Program-made: the position numbers and the translations under genes
NCBI GenBank assembly: GCA_964384995.1
Contig: CAYLMJ010000001.1
Location: forward strand, 100,408-164,407
DNA length: 64,000 bases
DNA from: an uncultured archaeon
GTDB lineage: Archaea; Thermoplasmatota; Poseidoniia; MGIII; CAYLMJ01
Direction: 5' to 3'
In this document: positions 37,501-45,100 of the stretch, piece by piece
Position numbering within the stretch: position 1 is the stretch's first letter
How the letters are laid out: each line of letters begins with the position of its first letter
Notes under the pieces: generated by a model
The model's input: only the letters and a program-made list of their open reading frames with translations
Databases searched by the model: none
What the model was told of the DNA's origin: nothing

Positions 37501-37937
37501 GGGAGAAGGAGCCCGAGGGCGACGAGGCCTTCCGGCCCCCGGACAAGCCGAGGACCGGCTGGGGCGACACCGAGCCCGGAGCGCCAGGCGAGGCGCCGCC
37601 GGGAGATGGCTGGGGCGAGCCCCCCTCACCTGACACCGCCGATGTCGACGGGCCGCCCTCCGAGCCGTTGCCCGAGGCGCCGCCACTGCCCGACGAGCCC
37701 CTGCCAGCCCCCGCCCCCGTCGAGCCGCCCCTGGGCCCACCCGAGGTCGAGCCCGAGGTGAAACCGGATGTGGAGCGGCCGCCCGAGGCCGAACCGGAGA
37801 TAGAGCCCGAGGTCGAGCCCGAGCCGGACGAGGAACCGGAAGAGCCCAGAGAAAGAGAGGCCGCCGCCTGCATCAGCTGTGGGAAGGCCATCGACACCAA
37901 CTGGAAGATCTGCCCCTACTGCTCGACCAAGCAGTGA
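34518..37937 (+). CDS. Surface/membrane protein: beta-propeller repeats, two PKD-like domains, Ala/Gly-rich segment, degenerate M50(S2P)-like multi-TM domain, Pro/Glu linker, double Zn ribbon
   Basis: Signal peptide; repeats such as PHLDGEWLVWQD and LTVDQDRFVWQDSRG; PKD-like NQPPTAIIDSISPNPA and NEAPTAYISSISPNPA; about 7 TM helices; C-terminal CISCG..WKICPYC. Confidence 0.82.
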   Translation: MRRALNLFLWALLLLTVGWMLTAQPGQAISLATEDILIDTPSLNETSPHLDGEWLVWQDDNGTGFDSANQFRLWARDQGARAAGDRLLVDNTTTYSPVYLEDPWVVWESKNPTGGDVLYAHNLDDNTTTTPLWPYEPTKYHLSGTFLYYSVYNGQTMNTTFWEHNLATGSEKELHTEAGSIYSWDVDRPNLIFANSTDPNETLWHITLGSRATPSELKVADMFSSLIIVGDWIAWTNDTSVFLMSLDGALFYELETYMGYVNDTYEYPYDLHLDGDWLVWTVFSSPDGDNHYAYGYAHHIPTETTIPIVSKSRSETGQTGLTVDQDRFVWQDSRGATHDLWWREVANQPPTAIIDSISPNPAEQGTTVFFYGNGDDADGTIAAYEWTSNLVGGTLSTAQSFSSSSLPLGTHSISLRVQDNEGEWSEAVTETLSITAATSNEAPTAYISSISPNPAKPGQMVNFIGGGNDPDGSIVFYSWWSSRDGEISFEAEFSTDSLSEGTHYISFTVADDDNAYSDAVDATLVVGNATGPVKHIDFSHPEEDGEKVEGDTPVYVYLTMEGEEKLYYSHPHRIRLLLESPALDTKTLFDTAKNGSDEIHGESIFAVNISAMDLEMLKSYLKDYGSASYFFPLEGTLFTDELPNGRYTLRTEILDSEGEVIMSAERTIVVENPRIEPAPAVAGAAVGVVAGGAAGAALGGAGAAAGGAAGGAGGGGVQADGVGSKLRRKKKLTGGLFGEGFAILLALIGMVLAYAYASLAQPTLDPLSNLGQFNTVLLSDIGGFLADLGHMVLFLGMVMAIVIIFRAGVDHLAAQAQGVKSVFKLQAPGTAALGLSTALFGMPFGYPAQSVHEKKAGNELREARIAMSQIMGTLVLVLPFWIIWQFVEVARFMAEIGLTVVLMTAFSIAIPLKHSEGRSIYRWSRELSLVMMVILVFFFYGWQLDFLPTALLPLLGLAGIAAMPNLLKPAPRGPSPYDDLEDEGPGDLPEAPRGWEKEPEGDEAFRPPDKPRTGWGDTEPGAPGEAPPGDGWGEPPSPDTADVDGPPSEPLPEAPPLPDEPLPAPAPVEPPLGPPEVEPEVKPDVERPPEAEPEIEPEVEPEPDEEPEEPREREAAACISCGKAIDTNWKICPYCSTKQ

Positions 37938-37955
37938 CCGTTCAGCAACACCCCG

Positions 37956-38043
37956 CTTCGGTGGTCCTTCGGTTGTTCTTCGATGGTTGTTCGGTTATCC
38001 TTCGGTACTAATTCGGTACTCTCTCGGTACTACTTCGTTGAAA
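37956..38043 (+). repeat. Degenerate 11-bp tandem repeat, 8 units, core CTTCGGT
   Basis: cttcggtggtc cttcggttgtt cttcgatggtt gttcggttatc cttcggtacta attcggtactc tctcggtacta cttcgttgaaa, between convergent genes. Confidence 0.85.
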
Positions 38044-38059
38044 CGCCTCTTCATCCAGT

Positions 38060-39028
38060 TCACTCGGTCGGGTCGTGGTCCTCCACCGGCAGGCCCACCT
38101 CGCCCTTCAGCTGGCAGTGCTTGCACATGGGTGAGGCCGCCGACATGGGCTCGCCACAGTGGGGGCAGGGGTGGACCGTGCCCCTGGGCGTCACCTCCCT
38201 CAGCAGGGGTCTCAGCTGGTCCAGGGAGCGCAGGATGGAGTGGCGGGTGCCGGGGGTGTCGGCCTCCAGCTTGAAGAGCACCTCCCGGTAGAGGTTGCGC
38301 TGGGCGCCGTGGTAGTAGGGGCACACCGCGTCGTGGTAGGGCAGCTGCTCCAGCATGGCGTAGAGGTAGACCTCCTTCTCCGGTATCGTGCGCAGGGGCA
38401 GGAGGCGGGGTATGAGACCGGGCTGGGGGGAGGCGTGGGGAGCCAGCCGGCCCAGCTTGGACACGTTGCCCCGGCAGATGTTCATCAGGATGACCTGGGC
38501 GATGTCGTCCAGGTTGTGGCCCATCACCACCCAGGTTGCCCCCAGCTCCTTGGCCGCCAGGTTCAGGGTCCGGCGGCGAAAGACCCCGCAGTAGGAGCAG
38601 GGCTGTCTCGGGCGCTTGCGACCCTCGGGCGGATCGACCACGTGGTCCAGGGGCTCGCCGACCAGGTCCTCGAACGAGTAGACCACATGCTCGACGTCCA
38701 GGTCCTTGCAGAGCTGGGCCGCGGTGTCGATGGAGGGGGGCCGGTACCCGGCGATGCCCTCGTCCACCGTGATGGCCACCAGCTCCAGGCCGATGCGCTG
38801 GGCCAGGGGGGCCGTCACCGACAGGGCCACCGAGGAGTCCTTGCCCCCCGAGGTCGCCACCGCCAGCCGGTCGCCCCGCTGGAAGCGGGCCTGCTTGCGC
38901 CATTGCCGCTGTACCCGCACGTTGACGAAATTGACGAAATGGTGACGGCAGAGATGGTCCCCGGAGTAGCGCAGGTAGGTGACCGGGGGGTTGGAACAGC
39001 GGGAGCATTGGGTGGCCGGTTTGACCAT
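38060..39028 (-). CDS. ttuA: tRNA 2-thiolation protein, TtuA/NcsA/Ctu1 (TIGR00269-like) family
   Basis: N-terminal CSRC..LCRHHF; PP-loop SGGKDS; PCSYCGVFRR; GHNLDD; CPY; C-terminal CPHC..CKHC. Confidence 0.88.
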   Translation of the reverse strand: MVKPATQCSRCSNPPVTYLRYSGDHLCRHHFVNFVNVRVQRQWRKQARFQRGDRLAVATSGGKDSSVALSVTAPLAQRIGLELVAITVDEGIAGYRPPSIDTAAQLCKDLDVEHVVYSFEDLVGEPLDHVVDPPEGRKRPRQPCSYCGVFRRRTLNLAAKELGATWVVMGHNLDDIAQVILMNICRGNVSKLGRLAPHASPQPGLIPRLLPLRTIPEKEVYLYAMLEQLPYHDAVCPYYHGAQRNLYREVLFKLEADTPGTRHSILRSLDQLRPLLREVTPRGTVHPCPHCGEPMSAASPMCKHCQLKGEVGLPVEDHDPTE

Positions 39029-39049
39029 CGAGGCTCACTGGCGGGAGGC

Positions 39050-39382
39050 CTACTTGTGGTTTTGGGGTTCGGGTTCGAGTTCGGGTTCGGGGTCATCCTC
39101 CTCGGAGGGGCCATCGGCAGAGGGAGGAGGCACCCATGGTTCACCGGAGGCGGGCCGCTCGGCCAGACCCAGGGCCAGGAAGATGAGGGCCAGGGCCAGG
39201 AAGAAGAGACTGCACGGGGTGTCGATGTCCTGGGGGATGCGGGCGCCCGAGAGCTTGTCCCCGATTACCTCCAGGTAGAGCAGGGCGGAGATTACCAGAG
39301 ATACCAGGGCCAGGGCGTACGACAGGGTCCGGCTCATCAGGCCAGCCAGGCCGGGGCCGGTACCAAGACCGGGTGCGGTCAT
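39050..39382 (-). CDS. Small hypothetical membrane protein (2 TM, acidic Pro/Glu tail)
   Basis: Two hydrophobic helices; sits inside a co-oriented operon. Start ATG 39382 or 39337 (track start 39475 overlaps the upstream gene). Confidence 0.65.
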   Translation of the reverse strand: MTAPGLGTGPGLAGLMSRTLSYALALVSLVISALLYLEVIGDKLSGARIPQDIDTPCSLFFLALALIFLALGLAERPASGEPWVPPPSADGPSEEDDPEPELEPEPQNHK

Positions 39383-39453
39383 GGCGGGGTCCCCCCATCC
39401 GCCCCCATCAGCATCGGCTCCTTCGCATGCTCCATCATGTGCTCCATCATATC

Positions 39454-40533
39454 CTACCAGTACCCCTTGACCCACTTCCTCATAAGCTCCAACCGGTAGA
39501 AGAAGGACAGCATCAGCTCGCCCCGGAGGCCTTTGAGGTTCACATCCTGGAAGTTCACCGGATCGCCATCCTCGTACCTCTTGAAGGCGTACTCGAAGGC
39601 CTTGTTGCCAAAGACCCAGAAGATGCCCCGGCGGGCGATGTCCAGCCGCTTGAACTTGCGGAACTGGGCCTTCCAGAGCCTGTCATAATCGCTCCCATCG
39701 GTCAAGGCCTGGGCCGCCAGGTAGCCGCTCTCGATGGCGTAGTTCATGCCAAAGCCCCGCCAGGGGTCCTGGAAGCCCGCCGCCTCGCCGGTGTGATAGG
39801 CCCCATCGATGACCGCCGAGCGGGGGAAATGGGCTCCTCCCACGCCGCCGAAGGTCTCCAGGGGCTTGGCACCGTCCACGATGTCGGCCAGGGCCTGGCG
39901 CTCCTCGATGGCCCTGTAGAAGAGGGGCTTGACCAGCTTGAGATGAGGCCTGCTGGCGCAGTTGACTATCTTCACCCGGTCCTTGCCGATGGGCACCAGG
40001 TAGAGGTACCAGCCCCGGGGAGAGTAGCGGTCGTCGTGCATGTAGACGAACCGGTCGCGGGGAAAGTCCGAGTTCTCGAAGTAGGCCCCGAAGGCGGCCA
40101 TGTCCGCCCGGTGATGGCCGGTGGCCACGATGTCGCCGGCCTGGGGCTTGATCCGTGAGTTGAACTCGAACCGGACACCGTCGGCCTCGGCCTGCTGGTA
40201 GAGCCCGTTCTCCAGGGCCCCGGGGTCGTCGCCACGCAGGACGAAGGGCAGGGGCTCGGTGAAGCTCAACTGCACGTCCCGGGTGTTGGTCAGGCAGAGA
40301 AAGTCGGTGAAGTTCCTGAGGGTGTAATCGGGATGGAGGTTCCAGCGGGCCAGGTAGTCGGCTGCATCGCCTCCGGTGCGCAGGAGCACCTGGTACTGGG
40401 CGTGCATGTGCTTGCCCGGAGCGGCCCGGGACTCGTGGACCGTGACCGATTCGCCCTTCAACGTGAGATTGATGGCCGCCGTCAATCCGGAGAGTCCGGC
40501 TCCCAGAACCCTGCGTCCGGTCATTGTCGCCAC
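39454..40533 (-). CDS. FAD-dependent oxidoreductase, geranylgeranyl-reductase-like
   Basis: Rossmann VLGAGLSGLTAA; GWYLYLVP; GEAAGFQDPWRGFGMNYAIESGYLAA. Confidence 0.85.
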   Translation of the reverse strand: MATMTGRRVLGAGLSGLTAAINLTLKGESVTVHESRAAPGKHMHAQYQVLLRTGGDAADYLARWNLHPDYTLRNFTDFLCLTNTRDVQLSFTEPLPFVLRGDDPGALENGLYQQAEADGVRFEFNSRIKPQAGDIVATGHHRADMAAFGAYFENSDFPRDRFVYMHDDRYSPRGWYLYLVPIGKDRVKIVNCASRPHLKLVKPLFYRAIEERQALADIVDGAKPLETFGGVGGAHFPRSAVIDGAYHTGEAAGFQDPWRGFGMNYAIESGYLAAQALTDGSDYDRLWKAQFRKFKRLDIARRGIFWVFGNKAFEYAFKRYEDGDPVNFQDVNLKGLRGELMLSFFYRLELMRKWVKGYW

Positions 40534-40542
40534 ACCGCCAGC

Positions 40543-41739
40543 CTACAGGAACTCGGCCAGCTCCTCCATGAACTCGGGGTGCTTGCGCTCCACCGCCTTG
40601 AGCACCTCCAGGACCGTCAGCTCCTCCAGTTGCTCGTCCTTGATGGATTCCACCAGCATGTCCAGCATCTCGTCGGACATGGCGGTCATCTTCTCCTTGG
40701 CGATGTAGTTGCGCAGGAACATGTCCTCGAACTGGTCCAGCCTGACCTGATCGTAGCGTTGCAGGAAATCAGCTGAACAGTCCCCTGCCGACAGGGCCTC
40801 GGCGGCCGTCTCGGCGGCCATCTTGCCGGTGACACAGGCCGGGGCCAGACCTCCGCCGTTCATGGGGTCGATAATGCGGGCCGAATCGCCCACCAGCATC
40901 AGGCCGTCGGTGACGGTCCGATCAAGGGGGGCGTTCACCGAGACACCGCCGGCGACTATCTGGACCACCTTGCCCTGAGCGTATTCAGGTCGAGACTTGA
41001 TGAAGCGGTCGAGGAAGGCCCTGACCTCGCCACCTCCCTGCCGCTTCAGGTTGGCCAGGGAGACCCCCAGACCCACGTTGGCCTCCCGGGGTCCCTTGGG
41101 GAAGGCCCAGAGGTAGCCGCCGGGAGCCATCGAACCGGCCGAGAAGGTGTTGTACTCGGGGTCGCATTCTATGCCCACCATGCGGTACTGGAGGCAGGAG
41201 GTGATGTCGCTGGGCTTGAGGGTGGTGTCGATGCCGGCCCAGCGGCCCACCTGGGACTCGAAACCGTCGGCTCCTATGGTGATGGGAGCCCGCACCTTGA
41301 TCACCTCGCCCAGGTGCTTGAGCACCACGCCCTGGACCACCCCCTCCTCGAGGATGAGACCGAGGGCCGTGGTCTTGACCCTCAGATCGGCCCCGGCCTC
41401 CACCGCCTGGCGGGCCAGGGACTTGTCGAAGAGGTCGCGCTCGATGTTGTAGCCGGTCTTGGAGCCGGCCATCTTCTCGTTGATGTACATCTCGTGACCG
41501 CAGGGGGAGATGAGCCGGGCGCCCTTGATCCTGGCGGCGATCCACTCGGGATCGGGGTCGATGCCGATGGTGCGCAGAAAGGATTTGGGCATGCCCTCGC
41601 CGCAGCGCACAGGGGTTCCGATCTCCTGGCGCTTCTCCACCACCAGGGTCGCCAGGCCCCTCTCGGCGGCGATCCGGGCGGCGGTGGTGCCGGCGGGTCC
41701 CCCACCCACCACGACCACATCGTAATTCAGGGTGGTCAT
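40543..41739 (-). CDS. Digeranylgeranylglycerophospholipid reductase (geranylgeranyl reductase family)
   Basis: YDVVVVGGGPAG; EKRQEIGTPVRCGEG; YLWAFPKG (YxWxFP); GDSARIIDPMNGGG; adjacent ferredoxin. Confidence 0.92.
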   Translation of the reverse strand: MTTLNYDVVVVGGGPAGTTAARIAAERGLATLVVEKRQEIGTPVRCGEGMPKSFLRTIGIDPDPEWIAARIKGARLISPCGHEMYINEKMAGSKTGYNIERDLFDKSLARQAVEAGADLRVKTTALGLILEEGVVQGVVLKHLGEVIKVRAPITIGADGFESQVGRWAGIDTTLKPSDITSCLQYRMVGIECDPEYNTFSAGSMAPGGYLWAFPKGPREANVGLGVSLANLKRQGGGEVRAFLDRFIKSRPEYAQGKVVQIVAGGVSVNAPLDRTVTDGLMLVGDSARIIDPMNGGGLAPACVTGKMAAETAAEALSAGDCSADFLQRYDQVRLDQFEDMFLRNYIAKEKMTAMSDEMLDMLVESIKDEQLEELTVLEVLKAVERKHPEFMEELAEFL

Positions 41740-41824
41740 GGGAGACCCCCTGTCCGGTGACATCTGGTCCGGAGTTGCCGCTCAGTTATCGTTCTCGCCT
41801 CGGCGTCCGTCGCCTCGCCCCCCG

Positions 41825-41995
41825 TCAAGTGTACCGCAAGGCCCCCACCGGGCAGACCCGGGTGCACAGCTTGCAGTCGGTGCAGGTCTCGTCGATCTGG
41901 ATCTCGACCTCGCGCAGAAGCATGCAGTTGACAGGGCAGGTGCCCACACAGGCTCCACAGAACATGCAGGTATCCCGGTCTACGTTGGGAGGCAT
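41825..41995 (-). CDS. 2x[4Fe-4S] ferredoxin (56 aa; missing from the ORF track)
   Basis: Hand translation: MPPNVDRDTCMFCGACVGTCPVNCMLLREVEIQIDETCTDCKLCTRVCPVGALRYT*, with two CxxCxxCxxxCP motifs. Confidence 0.93.
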   Translation of the reverse strand: MPPNVDRDTCMFCGACVGTCPVNCMLLREVEIQIDETCTDCKLCTRVCPVGALRYT

Positions 41996-42168
41996 AACAG
42001 CTCACTGGGGCCTTGTCAGCCAAGATTCGCTATTAAGATTTTCTACACAACCCGGGCGAACCGCCATCCTTATTTACCAGCAGTTCCAAGCAATTTGCTA
42101 TAGCTCGGCTTGCCCGAGGTGTGATCATGGTAGCTTCGATGGGTTCGGACGGACCCTTCGGTGACCCT

Positions 42169-45100
42169 GTGCCAAAGAGACTGGCAGGTTTCTCAGGCTC
42201 TGGGTCCCGGATGGCGTTAGCGCTGGCAATTTTGATGATCGCGGGGGGACTGGCCCCCCTGGCATCGGCCTGGCACCACGGTGGGTCGCCTCCCACCGAG
42301 TTCTGGTACCACGGCCGGGTCCTCGACGACGATACCGGAGGCGGACTGGCCAATGCCACCCTGACCCTCAGGGATCCCTGGGACCAGGTGCAGGCCACCT
42401 ACACCAGCGGCCCCGGAGGGAACTTCGGCGGCCTGCTGCCCATGGGCGATTACAGGGTCCGCATCGAGGTCCAGGGCTACTACGGTCTGGACAGCTGGAT
42501 GGGTGAATGGTGGTCCGACCAGCGCCACGAGGAGTACCGGCTCTTTCCCCTGCCCGCTCCCAACGCCACCCTCTCGGGCCACATCAACGATACCTCCGGC
42601 CTGCCCCTGGCCGGGGTCGAGGTGGTCCTGAACCAGAACAACCTCTGGCACCACCATGGCCAGCTCTACCACTCCCGGGTGGTGACCAACGCCACCGGCA
42701 ACTACAGCTTCTCCATGGCCGCCGGTGACTACAACCTGGAGGTGAGGCTCGCCGACCACTTCCACGAGGGCTGGGGTTTCACCGCCTTCAACGGCTCGGC
42801 CTACCACCAGAACTTCTCCCTGCAGAGCTACACCGAGACGGCCCAGGTCAAGGGATATCTGCGAGAGCCCGACAGCAGTCCGGCGCTCCCGGCCCAGATC
42901 GAGCTGCACCGGGAATGGGGCTATCACAACCAGAGCCATTCGGATTCGACAGGATACTACCAGATGATGGTGGCCCCTGGCAACTACACCGGCTACAACA
43001 CGTGGGGCGAGGGCTACCAGTGGCAGGACAACTGGTCCCTATCGCTCAATCTGACCGCAGGCTCCACCACCTGGCTCAACGTCACCCTCCAGCTGGCTCC
43101 CGACGAGATATTCGTGTCCGGGACGGTGTACGACGAGTTCAAGCAACCGGTGCCCAACGCCATCGTCAAGGTGGTCAAGCGTCAGACCTTCAATGGCCCC
43201 TCGCCCGGCCAGTACGTCAAGATGACGGCGGTGCACAACACCACCACCAGCCTCACCAACGGCAACTTCCTCTTGCACACCTACCGCTGGGGCGACCAGC
43301 ATCTGGAGGTCACGGCCCCGGGCTACTATTCCACCCAGGAGTGGTGGTACGACAGCGCCCGCAACAACTCCCTGCTGGAGCTCTTCATCGGACCGGCACC
43401 CAACGCTACCATCTCGGGCCGGGTGACCTATCCCAACGGCACCGGGGCGGCCAACCACTTCGTGGAATTTCAACAGATCCACGATGGGGGCGATCCCGAC
43501 TGGGTCTGGCTCAACAACGCCACCCACACCAACGCCACCGGCCACTACACCATGGACTACTGGGCCCTCCGCACCGAGGTCTGGGTCCACGACAACGAGA
43601 GCCATCGCTTCGGCCGGTACGAGTACTACCAGCATCCCCACACCTTCCCCACCGGCAGTTCCACCTACGACATCACTCTGGCCCACTCCAGCGAGAACAA
43701 CATCGTCAGGGGCTGGGTCAACCGCTCCAACGGCATGGGCCTGGCCAACATCTCGGTCTATGGCTCCAACTGGTGGGGCTTCGAGGAGACCACCACCAAC
43801 GCCACCGGCTACTACGAGCTGAACATGGTGTCCAGCCGGGAGAACTGGCTGGACGTCTGGTACCGCCCCCGCCCCTGGGAATACCCCAAGCTGGAGGAGG
43901 GCTACAACCAGTTCTACTTCGCCGATGGCGGTGAGACCATCGATTTCAACATCACCCTACTGCGACGCTCCGACGCGGTGGAGGACGCCACGGTCCACGG
44001 CCAGGTGCTGGCCCATCCCGGAGGCACGCCCCTGGGCAACGCCCAGGTCAGGGTCAACTCCCTCAACGAGGAGCATCGCTGGTGGTCCAACTGGACCCAT
44101 GCCAACGCCACGGGCCACTACCAGATGGACCTGCCCGGCGGCGAGTTCGAGATCTGGGCCGACAGCCCCGGCTACATGCCCAACCGGACCCGCTCCTACG
44201 TGGAATCGGGCTCCACGACCAGCGAGGACCTGACCCTGTCGCCCTACCCGCCCCTGGATGCCACCCTCAAGGGTTACGTCAAGGACGCGGTGGGCGACCC
44301 ACTGAAAGGCCTGCTCTTCTGGGGCCTGATGATGGACAAACGGCTGACCCATATGCGGGACCACGGCGGCTCCCTGGCGCCGATGTTCGACAACTTCGAG
44401 AACTACGCCTTCGAGTCGACCTTCTCCTCCAACGCCACCGGCTACTACGAGCTGGCGGTGCCGGCGGGACGCATCTACACCGGGGTCTTCGACCTGTCGG
44501 GAACGGCCGAGGGCTCCCAGACCAACTTCGTGGACATCACCGCCGGCGGGGTCATGTGGCTCAACTACACCCTGGCCAACTACACCGCCCCCTCCTACAC
44601 CATCTCCGGCCAGGTCCTGGACGAGTGGGGCGACCCCCTGGACTGGGACACCGAGGTGCTCCTGCTCAAACGGGGCGACTTCAGGGGCGACACAGGTCTT
44701 CACCTGGGCCACAACGGGACCTTCTCGTTCCCGGTCACTCCCGGCGAGTACGTGCTCCTGGTGGACCGCTTCGACCGGAACTGTCTCATTGAGAATGTCA
44801 CGATAACTACAAGTAACTACTACACCACATTCACCCTATACTACCCCAACACCACCCTGCTGGATCGGGGTGTGGACTTCCCGGACAGCGATGACTGGGA
44901 CAACGGGACCCTGTACGTCAACGTGACCACCTACGAGGACGTCATGCTGGCGCGGTTCATGGTGGACTACTACCTGGGCGACAGCGACGGGACCATCGAC
45001 CTCACCGAAGCCCTCCAGGTCCAGGACGACCTCTTCTGGGACCTCTACGGCTCCCAGCCCAGCCTGCTCCCTGGCGGCACCTCCCATAACGCCTTCAACC

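Noticed and set aside
37956-38043. CRISPR array (also considered for 13914-13997)
   Set aside because: Units are 11 and 7 bp with no unique 25-45-bp spacers, and there are no cas genes.
41736-42023. 95-aa Cys/His-rich ORF in the track
   Set aside because: Wrong frame; the real gene is the 56-aa ferredoxin at 41825-41995.
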